The notes: a model not told the origin generated them from the letters alone. Positions 37,977 through 48,287 are shown, numbered from the stretch's first letter. The stretch is 64,000 nt of DNA from an uncultured Nitrososphaerota archaeon (GCA_964416155.1 CAYQCW010000003.1:147774-211773), one strand, 5' to 3'. Translations and numbers: made by a program.

Positions 37977-38710
37977 GCCGAGACATCCCCCATGACTTTT
38001 GCGTAGGCACCTACTAACGTGCCATCAGGCGAAAAGTTTGCGACGAATCCTTCCAAAGAGTCTTGAACAATGATCCTCCCCTTATATATTACGATTATGA
38101 AATCGCATACTTGTTGAAGCTCTTCTAAGATGTGTGTTGAAATTATGATAGTCCTATCATCGCGCCGCTTAAGTTCTTGAATGAGCTGAATCATTTCAAT
38201 TCTGCCAAGAGGGTCAAGGTTCGTCGAAGGCTCATCAAGAATTATAAGGACGGGGTCGCCAACCAGTACTTGAACGAGGCCCAGTCTCTGAACCATGCCT
38301 GCGGAATATGTTCCTATCTTTCTTCGAAGGAAATCGCCTTTTACAATCGGGTGACTTAGAATATCGGGGTTGAAACCCACACCTTTTAACTTAGCCACAT
38401 GCCTCAAGTATTCTACTCCCGAAACCCATTTTGGAAAAGTGCATTTTTCCCTCAGGTAGCCAATCATAGAGCATATCTTGTCGTGTTCTAAGAGGGGGTT
38501 TTTGCCTAACACTAGGATTTTTCCAGACGATGGCTTTTGAAGACCGAGCATTATTCTAATGAGGGTTGTTTTTCCGGAGCCGTTTGGCCCCACCAACCCG
38601 TAGACACCGTTTTCGAAAGTCGTGTGCACATTATCAAGGGCAAGAGTGTCACCAAACCTCTTGGAAACATTTATTGCCTCAACAGCTTTCATCGGCATGC
38701 ACAAAGACAA
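37973..38710 (-). CDS. ABC exporter ATP-binding protein
   Basis: Motifs GPNGSGKT, YSAGMVQR, LDEP and ISTH. Confidence 0.92.
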   Translation of the reverse strand: MSLCMPMKAVEAINVSKRFGDTLALDNVHTTFENGVYGLVGPNGSGKTTLIRIMLGLQKPSSGKILVLGKNPLLEHDKICSMIGYLREKCTFPKWVSGVEYLRHVAKLKGVGFNPDILSHPIVKGDFLRRKIGTYSAGMVQRLGLVQVLVGDPVLIILDEPSTNLDPLGRIEMIQLIQELKRRDDRTIIISTHILEELQQVCDFIIVIYKGRIIVQDSLEGFVANFSPDGTLVGAYAKVMGDVSA

Positions 38711-38817
38711 CTTTGCCTACTTATATTTTACTCATCAGCACCTAATCACATATTTAACTAATGTTAAACAACATTTAAATGGAGAGATAAAATAGAAAAA
38801 AAGGTGGATGAAATAAG

Positions 38818-39162
38818 ATGAGAAGGATGCTCCTTCTTCTGACGTTAGTAGTCATATTTTCATCAAGCATTTCTGTTATTGCTCAAAAAGTTTGGGATGA
38901 TGATTACCGTACAGGACCCTATGCCTCATGTGCATATGCTTATGTCGAGGCTTGGTACGTGCCTGGTATCAACTGGTATTTTGACTTCCGCCACAGAGGC
39001 TGGGGCGGTGCTGGTATTCCTTGCTACGTAGAAATATGGGTTTATCCAGGTGACGGAGGAAACAGTCCATCCGGGGGTTTTACGCTGACAGAAGTCTGGG
39101 CTTATTCATATCCATATGATATTTTACTCGTAGCGGCATATGCTCAGGTTGGTTATGTCTAG
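38818..39162 (+). CDS. Small secreted Tyr/Trp-rich protein (candidate antimicrobial precursor)
   Basis: Sec-type signal MRRMLLLLTLVVIFSSSISVIA; the 92-aa mature part has 13 Tyr, 6 Trp and 2 Cys. Confidence 0.7.
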   Translation: MRRMLLLLTLVVIFSSSISVIAQKVWDDDYRTGPYASCAYAYVEAWYVPGINWYFDFRHRGWGGAGIPCYVEIWVYPGDGGNSPSGGFTLTEVWAYSYPYDILLVAAYAQVGYV

Positions 39163-39168
39163 AGGCAA

Positions 39169-40107
39169 ATGCCCGTACTGATTACTAAGCGAGTCTTTAC
39201 TTTTTTCCCACTTTTTTCTATGTTGCTGTCCATTATCGTTTGTTTCTCTCGACCGGAACCCGCATGGCTTAAGCCCGGATTCTACGTCGAGTATTTTCTT
39301 GACTCAAGGCCCGTCGGGCTTGTGGTAATTTCAAACTCGTCTCTCTCATACCTGCGGGATTATTATCCCGCTCTCCGATGCAATGGTACTTATAGATTTG
39401 AGCTTCTACACATGAACTATTCTTTTGCACGATTCAATGTCACTCTCAATCTCACTGCATGGATACCGGCTAAGCTAGGCTTAGCCCCCTGGGAAAAGGC
39501 GGAGTGGATCGAGTTCAAGCTACTTCAAACATCATGCATATATGATGTTGATTTGAAAACTCTAATGGCTTATAAAGAAGGAAGGAAAGTTGGGCTCTTT
39601 CCACTGTGGAGAGAATTCTCCGCCACCAGCGGTAAGGTTCCTTGTTTCTCAAACTTTTTCGGAAAAGAAGTTGAAGGGGATTACCTGCTTTTAGATGACG
39701 AGCTCATCAGAGAAACCCCTCTCGGTAGGTTTAGGCATTACTACTATGTTTTGGTCAGGATTGAGAAGGAACTGCTGGATCTTCCGTTCCAGATGAATGT
39801 TCAAACCTTCAAGATAGCCTTATCATATGATCGCGATACCTGTCTTCTAATCCACGGATATTGTTATACTGATGAGATATTGCTGGAATTCGGCATACTA
39901 TTTTTTTACAACATGCATATTACGAAGACCTCCGTTGAATTTCCTCAGCTGGAAGAACAGGAATATGGTTTCGAGGCTTGGCAGATGTATCTGGTCTTAA
40001 TGCTTATTGGATTTTCTTTGCCCTTGATTCACAGGTTGTCGAAAAGGCTAAAGTCGCTTAAATTTGACGCCCTAAGTGAGCGTGCTGGGCTAAGACGATA
40101 TGTTTGA
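39169..40107 (+). CDS. Exported protein with C-terminal membrane anchor
   Basis: N-terminal hydrophobic stretch followed by PAWLKPGFYVEY; beta-rich body; C-terminal TM. Confidence 0.75.
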   Translation: MPVLITKRVFTFFPLFSMLLSIIVCFSRPEPAWLKPGFYVEYFLDSRPVGLVVISNSSLSYLRDYYPALRCNGTYRFELLHMNYSFARFNVTLNLTAWIPAKLGLAPWEKAEWIEFKLLQTSCIYDVDLKTLMAYKEGRKVGLFPLWREFSATSGKVPCFSNFFGKEVEGDYLLLDDELIRETPLGRFRHYYYVLVRIEKELLDLPFQMNVQTFKIALSYDRDTCLLIHGYCYTDEILLEFGILFFYNMHITKTSVEFPQLEEQEYGFEAWQMYLVLMLIGFSLPLIHRLSKRLKSLKFDALSERAGLRRYV

Positions 40108-40189
40108 CATTACTAAACATTATGCTGAAGTTTTCACATCCTAGAATTAACTTATTATTAAACGTTTTAGGGTATCTAAAGTCTTTTGG

Positions 40190-40201
40190 AGGCGCGCGCT
40201 T
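40190..40201. repeat. GCGCGCGC-core palindrome (AGGCGCGCGCTT)
   Basis: Lies in an AT-rich intergenic spacer at the right edge of the ABC/secreted-protein cassette. Confidence 0.65.
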
Positions 40202-40341
40202 GAGTGGAAAAAACCCCAAGAAGCCCTTAAAATTGTAGAGTATGTCGTTGAAAATTCCAAGAACTAAGGAAAAGGATGGCGTAAGCAGGTTTTACCAAGG
40301 TTTCAAACAATTTGTTGGAACATGCGTGCTAAACCCTTCTT

Positions 40342-43083
40342 CTAACCCTTTGGAAGGACACTGCTTATGGCTTTTAAAGCCTTTGATTCGAAAGTCTTAG
40401 CGTCAACCTTGGCTGCTAACCCTCCCTTCGCGAAGTTTCTCCTGCCTCCGGCTCCTCCACCAATCCCGATTTCGCTAAGGATGCGGCGCGCTAGCAGAGA
40501 GCAGTCGACACCCCTCTCAAGAGCCTTTTCACCCGCGAAAACCGCGAACTGCACGGTTGGGATGGGTGACATCACCACTGTTATGGAGTTCGGCTCCCTC
40601 CTAGAGATTTTCTCGCCAAGACTTATGAGACGGCTTACCTCAAGCTCTTCTGAGCTGTAGAGCACGATTCTAATGCCGGACTCTTCAACAGCCTTGGAAA
40701 GCAGTTGATCCGCCAGCGTGTCAAACTGGTTCTCCAGTATTTTCTCAACCTTCTTACTCAGGTTTTTCAACTCGCTCCTGACTCTTTCAGCCTCCTGAAC
40801 TATCTTGTCCCTTGGAACACCTAGAATGTTCTCCAAGCTAGACATCTTGTTTTCAAGCGACCTCACGTAATCCAAGGAGGAGAAGCCCACTCGGAAAACT
40901 ATTCTTTCAACACCGTCCTGAATCCTCTCAACCCTAACTATCTTCACCAGCCCAACGTCACCAGTCTTGTTGACGTGAAGCCCTCCACAGGCCTCAGCGT
41001 CAAAACCATCTATCTTGACGATCCTAAGCTCTTTACCAGGAACAGCACCGCCTTGGTATATTCTGAAACCATACTCCTTCTCGGCGACAGTTCTAGGTAG
41101 AACCTGTATTTTAACATCGATGTTCGACAGGGCTATTTCATTAGCCTTACGCTCTATCTTCTCAACCTCTTCACCGGTTAGGGGGAGGGGATGAGTAATG
41201 TCAAGTCTGGATTCGACAGTGTCTTTCTGGGCACCTGCTTGCCAAACATGGTTTCCAAGAATCATTCTGGCAGCAGTGTTTATAATGTGCGTAGCAGTAT
41301 GGGCTCTTCTAAGCTGGAAACGACTTTTAGAGTCAACAACCATTTTAACAACGCTGCCTACACTAGGGGCGGGACCATCGATAAAATGGATTATCCGGTT
41401 ATTCAAGTTCTTAACATCCTTCACTAAGGCTTCCTTCCCGTTGAAGATTAGCCTACCTTTGTCAGCAGGCTGGCCGCCGCCCTCCGGGTAGAAGATTGTC
41501 CGGTCGAGAACAACCTTACCACTGAAGACACCTAGCACCTTGGCCTCGAGCTCCAGCAAATCAGGATTCTTATAGAAGTATTTAACAGTCTCAGGAAAAG
41601 CCTTCTCGTCGAAATCCAGCGTGACCGCTCCCTCTTCTCCAAGACCCTTAGGCTGTTTATGTCTGGCCGCTATCATGCCATAGAAGTCCTCCGGAATCCT
41701 TACTTCAACACCCTTCTTTGAAAAAACTTCTGCAACCTGCTCAGGCGTAACACCGTGGGAATCGTAAAGTTCGACAAGCTTCTCAACACTTATCGACTTG
41801 GATTCTTTAACAAGAGACTCCACGTGTCTAACTCCCTCTTCAATACTCCTCCTGTATTTCTTAAGCTCTATTTCGACAAGCCTCAGAATACTGTCTTTAA
41901 GCTCACAGAGGCCCGGGAAATCCCTACCCCAGTAGTCAACCTCCCATGAAACCATGTCGAGCAGGAGGGAATTAACGCCAAGCCTATCCAGAACCCTGGC
42001 TGTCTTCCTTAAGAGTAACCTAGCCAAATAGCCCACTCCGGTGTTAGAGGGCACAACACCCTCTGAAAGAATGAACACTAGGCTCTTAACATGATCCAGA
42101 GCCTTGAAAACATTCTCCATTGCTTCAAGCTTAGCTGAGAAGGAATCCGGGAAGCCAAGGTCCCTGACGAGCCCAATCCTCTCAGCCGGGCTTAGAAACT
42201 TGCCTTCAGAAAGGGAAACTCTGACCCCATACTCTTTAAGAAACTCCTGGGGAACATCGATGTCAACCAGTTTAGAAACCTTGTGGAGAAGACCGCAGTA
42301 GAAAGCATGAAAGCCGGTTGGAGCCCCGCTTAAAAGCCAGTTTATCCTCTCCATCCCGTATCCTGTGTCAACCGTTCTAATAGGCAGCTCCCTCAGAGAA
42401 CCGTCCGGGTTAACCTTATACTTCATGAAGACTAGAGTAGCAACCTCAAGGCCGTGTGAAATAACCTCGAAGCAGGGCCCCGCGTTTCCACCCCCGCTCC
42501 AAGCGCTTTCGACGAAAGTAAGATCCTCACCCTTAACCCCCATTTCCCCGGTGAAGAATTCGAAGCCGTATCTCACAGTATTCTCCTTCCAGTAGACCTC
42601 TTTTTCCTCGCTGTTGAACGCGTGATGGCCGCCCATCTCGAAAATGGTGAGGTGCCTCCCAAGAGTCTTGCCGACCAAGTCGACGTCAACCAGACGTATG
42701 CAGGGCTGGGAAATCACCAAGGGGTTAGCCGGGGGAGGAATAATACCATCCGTAACATAAGGCTGGAAATCAACTATGCTCGCGTCAGTAAGATAAAGAT
42801 CATCTCTCCACCTGCACACAACAGGATACGGTAAAATAACCTCGTGCCCCCTCTTCCTGAAGAAGCCCAAGAAAGCATCCCTAACCTGGCTTAAATCATC
42901 CATATCCCTGCCTACCCTACTGCCTATGAAAGTATAGGGTGAACAGGGAGACTCTCCGCAGTTATCCCTAGACTGGTCGAGAGACCAGAAGAACCTGCCG
43001 CATTTACTACACCTCTTTCTAGTGAACCCGCCTCCACTCAGGAACTCCAGGCGATACTCGTCCTCGCCGAAATCATGCTTCAT
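40342..43083 (-). CDS. alaS: Alanyl-tRNA synthetase (archaeal type)
   Basis: Motifs ASIVDFQP, HLTIFEMGGHHAFN and DTGYGMER; editing motifs HTATH and CGGLH. Confidence 0.96.
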   Translation of the reverse strand: MKHDFGEDEYRLEFLSGGGFTRKRCSKCGRFFWSLDQSRDNCGESPCSPYTFIGSRVGRDMDDLSQVRDAFLGFFRKRGHEVILPYPVVCRWRDDLYLTDASIVDFQPYVTDGIIPPPANPLVISQPCIRLVDVDLVGKTLGRHLTIFEMGGHHAFNSEEKEVYWKENTVRYGFEFFTGEMGVKGEDLTFVESAWSGGGNAGPCFEVISHGLEVATLVFMKYKVNPDGSLRELPIRTVDTGYGMERINWLLSGAPTGFHAFYCGLLHKVSKLVDIDVPQEFLKEYGVRVSLSEGKFLSPAERIGLVRDLGFPDSFSAKLEAMENVFKALDHVKSLVFILSEGVVPSNTGVGYLARLLLRKTARVLDRLGVNSLLLDMVSWEVDYWGRDFPGLCELKDSILRLVEIELKKYRRSIEEGVRHVESLVKESKSISVEKLVELYDSHGVTPEQVAEVFSKKGVEVRIPEDFYGMIAARHKQPKGLGEEGAVTLDFDEKAFPETVKYFYKNPDLLELEAKVLGVFSGKVVLDRTIFYPEGGGQPADKGRLIFNGKEALVKDVKNLNNRIIHFIDGPAPSVGSVVKMVVDSKSRFQLRRAHTATHIINTAARMILGNHVWQAGAQKDTVESRLDITHPLPLTGEEVEKIERKANEIALSNIDVKIQVLPRTVAEKEYGFRIYQGGAVPGKELRIVKIDGFDAEACGGLHVNKTGDVGLVKIVRVERIQDGVERIVFRVGFSSLDYVRSLENKMSSLENILGVPRDKIVQEAERVRSELKNLSKKVEKILENQFDTLADQLLSKAVEESGIRIVLYSSEELEVSRLISLGEKISRREPNSITVVMSPIPTVQFAVFAGEKALERGVDCSLLARRILSEIGIGGGAGGRRNFAKGGLAAKVDAKTFESKALKAISSVLPKG

Positions 43084-43318
43084 ACCTAAATCTCCAAAAA
43101 GGGGAATATAGGCATGATTTATGTCTTCCTACCAGGACCGCCTAACTAAAAAAGTATGTACGCTTCATTGTTCATTAATCTGAATAGAAACCGTTAAGAA
43201 ATAGGGACGCATGGGCGAACCCCAGTAAAAAAAGAACCTTTTAGTTTCCAGCTTAAGCACGCCAAAATTTCAACTGTTTTCATAGTCTAGTTCTAAACCC
43301 TCACGATTCACCCTAAGC

Positions 43319-43658
43319 CTAAGCTTTCCTCCCCATTCTCAGGATGTTGTAAGCCGTCTTGAGAGAATACACTAGCAACAGAGCTATCGATGCGGTTTCG
43401 AACGGCAAGAATATCATGAGCTCCACTTGCGATTTCATTAGAAGAAGGGATATTAATCCGAGTAGGAAGAATCGTTTGAGGCGAACAGGAGGGAGAATGA
43501 GAGGAGTGTTAGACCCCTGTTCTTGACGCCGAATCGTTCAATGAAGGCGCCGATGCAAAGGGCTATCGCGAACAGCAAGATGCTTCAATCAGAACGACCA
43601 GTATGATTACAGCGAGCGCCAGAGGCCAGAGAGGCTGAAATGAAAACGGCTTCCGCAT
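43319..43658 (-). pseudogene. Decayed paralog of the 43857-44282 membrane protein (orphan immunity-like gene)
   Basis: Fragments MRKPFSF, IGAFIERFGVK, LLFASN/FFLLGL and YSLKTAYNIL align to VREPFMF, IGSLIYQFNIK, FLFASNGFFFLGL and YSLRIAYNLL. An internal deletion and frameshifts are present. Confidence 0.8.
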
Positions 43659-43739
43659 CCATTCTCTTATACCCTCTATTTCCCTCAACATTTGTAATTC
43701 GCCTCGCTATACCTCTTTTAACCCAGCCCCCTTCTTAAC

Positions 43740-43760
43740 AAAGCGCGCTCGCGCGCTAAA
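43740..43760. repeat. Compound GCGCGC site AAAGCGCGCTCGCGCGCTAAA
   Basis: Lies between the intact and the decayed immunity-like paralogs. Confidence 0.7.
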
Positions 43761-43856
43761 AGTAGCACGTGAATTCCAAACTTTAAAATATCTAAAATGT
43801 TTCTTACGTTTCTTTGCGGAAATTCTGACACTCTGCCCTTAGACATCGTCTCGCCC

Positions 43857-44282
43857 TCAGCATCTTGATGCATGTAACAGGTTATAAGCAATTCTAAGTG
43901 AATAAAGAATTGATACTCCCATCCATATTATGCTGAATAGCATAAATATTAAGAAATCTAAAATAGGCACAGGTTTAGTTAAGAAACTAAATGCAAGACC
44001 TAGAAAAAAGAATCCGTTTGAAGCGAAAAGAAATATGATGGTTAGGATTTTTAAGCAGGCCCCTTTAATGTTAAATTGATATATAAGACTGCCGATAGAA
44101 TAGGCTGTTACAAGAGATACAAAAGAAATGAAAAATACCGATTTTTGTAGATCCATCACATCATCGTAATAATAATAGCCAATTAAGCCGAGCAAGACAG
44201 CCATGGTGATTAACAACATTACTGCTCTCGCCGACAAAAACATAAACGGCTCTCGTACCGGCTTTTGCACGTAACATTTCAT
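43857..44282 (-). CDS. Four-TM membrane protein, putative immunity protein
   Basis: Directly downstream of the Cys-rich precursor; AT-rich codons; the ATG at 44282 avoids overlap (ORF track start 44357). Confidence 0.72.
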   Translation of the reverse strand: MKCYVQKPVREPFMFLSARAVMLLITMAVLLGLIGYYYYDDVMDLQKSVFFISFVSLVTAYSIGSLIYQFNIKGACLKILTIIFLFASNGFFFLGLAFSFLTKPVPILDFLIFMLFSIIWMGVSILYSLRIAYNLLHASRC

Positions 44283-44316
44283 TCCTTGAATTATTTTTCT
44301 GTAACTTAGTACCTTT

Positions 44317-45114
44317 CTAGCCATAGCATACTGGACACTCCATACACGCCGCCACAAAGCAACTAGCGGGGTCGCATGAACAACAAGTCCATTGGAAGTT
44401 CCCCCAGCAACATTGCTGCATGCACCATGTGAGACATAAAATAAAATATTTGTTAAAGCAGCATGTTACCAAGCACCAATAGTTCATGTTAGTACACTCA
44501 ACACATTCGAAAGTGCAAGTAGGGCAGCCGGATTGAGTAGACAACATGTTGTCCGTCGGCAAGATCTCGCGGCACGATGAAGTAAGCTTACCGCCTACTA
44601 TTTGACCCTGTACCGATTTAACCAGTAATTCTACTAAATTCCTCTTTATATCAAATCTATATACACGGGCTTCTCTGTAGGGTTCTAGAACTATTACTGC
44701 TGTTACCCGTCTAGCCTCTACGTCGCCAGTAAAATTAATGCCCACTACCATATACTCCCATGGCCTCTTATCTATCATCTTTGCGAACTTCAAGGCTATA
44801 ACATCTTCTAGTGTGTATTGAAGCCCTTCCCCAGCTAAAAAAGAGGCTATCAATTTGAAGTTTTCGGAGCCAAGTGCTCTAGACACCGCATTATTCTTCT
44901 CTTGGCCTTCAAGCTTCTCAATCACCGGCTCAGACTGAGGTGTCTGAGTGTCGTTGTTGCCGCTTGCTCCGTAGCTTTTACATTCGTACTTAACGTGATG
45001 GTTCCCCTTGCTCCGTGGGGAGGCGATAATAAGTATGGAGACAAGCAGTAGAAGAACCATTATTATCCCAATAATCTTTAAACGAGCACCCACTAATAGT
45101 TTCACACTCCCCAC
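44317..45114 (-). CDS. Halocin-C8-like precursor: signal/anchor, pro-domain and 18-Cys C-terminal peptide
   Basis: N-terminal hydrophobic helix; the last 69 aa begin CPTC and contain 18 Cys. Confidence 0.7.
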   Translation of the reverse strand: MGSVKLLVGARLKIIGIIMVLLLLVSILIIASPRSKGNHHVKYECKSYGASGNNDTQTPQSEPVIEKLEGQEKNNAVSRALGSENFKLIASFLAGEGLQYTLEDVIALKFAKMIDKRPWEYMVVGINFTGDVEARRVTAVIVLEPYREARVYRFDIKRNLVELLVKSVQGQIVGGKLTSSCREILPTDNMLSTQSGCPTCTFECVECTNMNYWCLVTCCFNKYFILCLTWCMQQCCWGNFQWTCCSCDPASCFVAACMECPVCYG

Positions 45115-45645
45115 CTCTTAGGGATATTGGACATAGCTAGTATTTATTTTTTTTATCATGAATATAAAATAGTTGTATAGGAAGATTTGGTTTTCATTAA
45201 AAAGAAAGCAGTTTATGGAAGCATCAAGCATGCTCCTGTCAAAGTGAGGAAGAACTTAAACGAGCCTGAAGCAGTGCAACCAAGGAGCGTCTGCATCAAC
45301 TTCCGTTGAGATAGGACGAGTTAAAAATGGCAATGAAATAAGCTAACGTTAAAAAGCATGGCAGAAATTCCCCAGGTGATACCGCCTTTCTCCCAGCATT
45401 TGCTAAGAAAATTTCACTTACAAATTTAGTCAATCGAATCTACAAACCGTTAGAGTTTAGGGTTATTCACCACAATAATACAACCAATATTAATTTATCT
45501 CCTTTTCAGAAGACAGGAAACACTATGACTCTAAAATGGCGAAAACGCGTTAAACAAGCCTAAAAAACAGAAAACAATAAAAAGCATTACTAACGCCATG
45601 AAAGAGCAAAATTAAAATAGAAGCCTAAACAATAAAACAAAACTA

Positions 45646-45769
45646 GGCGAGGTAGCTCAGACGAGAAGGATTTAAATATAGCTCGGAGCAGCCTGGGAGA
45701 GCGCCCGGCTGAAGACCGGGGTGTCGGCCGTAAAAACGGGCACAGTCGGTTCAAATCCGGCCCTCGCCA
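45646..45769 (+). tRNA. tRNA-Phe(GAA) with introns at 15/16 (31 nt, 45661-45691) and 49/50 (19 nt, 45727-45745)
   Basis: Anticodon arm CCCGG-CTGAAGA-CCGGG. Removing both inserts gives a 74-nt cloverleaf; BHB helices are GCTC/GAGC and GTGT/GCAC. Confidence 0.92.
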
Positions 45770-45813
45770 TAATCTCTAACGGAGTTATTTCTCTAATTCT
45801 TGAGTTCTTTGAT

Positions 45814-47084
45814 TTAATCCTCATCAACTTTAGATGAACACAACGTCTCTGGAAGGATTAACATTATAGGTATTATTATAAATACCTCTATTAGGAGTGG
45901 CAGGATGAGGACCAGCTCCCCTAAACCCTCTTGCCAAAGGAAACCACCGAGCAGGAAAGCCGGTACTGAAAGAATATCAAATACGCCTGTTATGCCAAAC
46001 CACCTGCCCCTTTTCTCCATCGGAACAGCTTCCCAAAACATAGTTATGAATGGTATAAAGCTAAGATCGCTAAATCCGCCTGTAAAGCCTAAAACACCTA
46101 AGAGTCCGGTCAGTATAAGCATTTGAGGATTAGAAGCAATTACCAGAAGAATCGTGCCGAGGTATGTAAGAGGTCGGGTAATAAGGAATGTTTTCTTACG
46201 TCCTATCTTATCTGCCATAACTCCTATGGGGATTTGCAAGATAGCGGATATCACTATCCCTATGGTGCCTACTGCCCCAAGAATGTAAGGGTCAGCACCT
46301 TTCGCATAGACCATCCAAAGTGTGACAAAGGGCATTGAAATACTAATTTCGAAGCGCCACAGTCCCATTAACACTACCCATTTCCTAAGGCTGCTTTCGC
46401 CTCTAAACAGATCTCTGAGGCTTTCAAAGAAACCTGTCTCGCTGGTTTCCCCCTCTAATCTACTAACAGTCGATCGGATACGTAACTCTTCAAGCTTAAA
46501 AACGATAAAAACAGTTGCTGCAGCCATAGTTGAAAGCTGTATGAAATAAAGAGGGCGTATCCCCTGAACTGTTATTCCACCGTAAAAACTCACGATTATC
46601 GCAGCCACTATAGGCATCAAGAGGGAAGGTATTGCCCAAACCACGCGTGAGAGCCCCATTAATCGAGCCCGTTTTCAGCCCTACTGGTACTTATAAAGAT
46701 GATGTCTGCAAGCGGCATTATCAGTTTAAAACCTAATTGTTGTAATATTACTGCAGGTAAAAGCGTAAGCCAACTTATTGCACAACCGTAGAGCACAGAA
46801 ACAACTGCGCACAGAGCCAGACCCGCCACTAATATCCGTTTCACGCCGTACTTATCAATTAACCATCCTGCAGGAATCGAGACTGCTGAAGAAATCACGC
46901 TGCCTACACTATTCAGCGAGCTTAGCTCAATTGGGTTTGCCCCTAAGGCGACAGTATAAAGCTGGTTATAGTTTAGCGTAAGACTATTTGCCCCGTTATA
47001 AATGCCGATGGCTGCAAGAACTACCTTAAACCGTTTGTCAAGATTCTTCAGAGGCGTAATGATATGCTTATAGAGTTTTGCCAA
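45814..47084 (-). pseudogene. MFS transporter split by a frameshift near 46670
   Basis: Motif A in both halves (GWLIDKYGVKR and GVMADKIGRKK); ORFs 46659-47084 and 45814-46659 abut out of frame. Confidence 0.8.
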
Positions 47085-47300
47085 TATTTCAGAATTCTTC
47101 TCAACCCATTATAAGTCTTTAGATTAGAAGGATAAAAAGCTTCAGGATTTCGATTAAGTAGAAAGGATGGAAGACATGGTTATGAGTCCAAAACGGGTCG
47201 CACGTTCATTACTTTATTAATGATCTGAAGCCGAACTTTAAGCATAGCTATCATCTTCTAAAATTCTAAATTCTTTTCACAACTTATTGTTGAGAAATGA

Positions 47301-47391
47301 TGGGCCAGCCTGGATTTTCAGTACTCATAACACTCTTGAACCAGGGCCCCCGCCTCGTAAGAGCGGGATCCTACCTCTAGACTACTGGCCC
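47301..47391 (-). tRNA. tRNA-Val(TAC) with 20-nt T-loop intron at 59/60 (47315-47334)
   Basis: Anticodon loop CTTACGA; strict BHB (TTCA/TGAA helix, two 3-nt bulges); the spliced T-loop is TTCAAGT. Confidence 0.92.
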
Positions 47392-47565
47392 GTCCCGAGA
47401 TAGTATTCCAAAGCCTTATATTCTTTTCTCCCGGCTTTAAGAAGGGCATTCATGGAATGTTTCATATTCCTCTTATTTGTCCAGAAGCACGCTTGAGCTT
47501 AGAGACCATCAGAGCACAGCCACCTAATCCTGAACATCGGACCTATACGTAATATCTGAGGTTGA

Positions 47566-47604
47566 AAAATCCTGTATCCTTTACCTCGAATTACTATTCA
47601 AAAT
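47566..47604. repeat. Inverted repeat of 48526-48564 (35/39 identical), abutting TAGCGCGCGCAC
   Basis: Reverse complement ATTTTGAATAGTAATTCGAGGTAAAGGATACAGGATTTT versus ATTTTGAATAGCGATTCGAGACAAAGGATACAGGATTTT. Confidence 0.88.
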
Positions 47605-47676
47605 AGCGCGCGCACGACTTTTATGGATGTAAAAAAATTATCTAGCGCTCTTTAGATAAAAGGAGGCAAGGAAAAA

Positions 47677-48243
47677 TGAGAAGAATAATAAAATATGGGG
47701 AATGATGCTCGTCGTTTTCACAGTCTTATCGGTGGGCATAGGGATAAGTGCACAGCTGCTTGAAGTAGTGTAAGCAATTCAAGAAGAATTCGCTGGACGC
47801 TGTCTCAAGATTGCCGTAGAGAGAGACTATGCTACGATTTACATAACTATCAATGTCGAGTTTAGGGTAAAGGACCTAGGTAGTGATGTAAAGTTGATGG
47901 GGTATAATTACACGGTTGAAGAGGAAGGAAGTTAGTGCTGGGCCCGACTATTGCTTATATACCGGTCTGGCCCGCCGCAGACTGTCAAAGCTGCAAGCAG
48001 GGTAAGAAAGTCTCTGGGATTCAAACCAGCGTCGATAGGATTAAATTACCTGTTTCTGAATTAAGGAATTGTGAACACGTGGTAAAAGTCAGCATATTTG
48101 TGGTGGAAGGGATTGTAGTGGAGAAAGAGTTACCGAAAGCAACAAACATTCATAGGAAGACACTGGTTAATAATCCAAGTAATTATCCAGTACCGGAGCT
48201 ACCAGAGTCAGAAAACACGGTTCCCGATTTATCGAACTGCTGA
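47677..48243 (+). pseudogene. Decayed gene for a membrane-anchored or secreted protein
   Basis: AGGAGG upstream of an ATG; a hydrophobic N-terminal segment and beta-rich fragments are interrupted by stops and frameshifts. Confidence 0.45.
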
Positions 48244-48287
48244 ATAATCCTGTTCAGCGATAAAACGCGATTCAATCCTTTTTTCTC

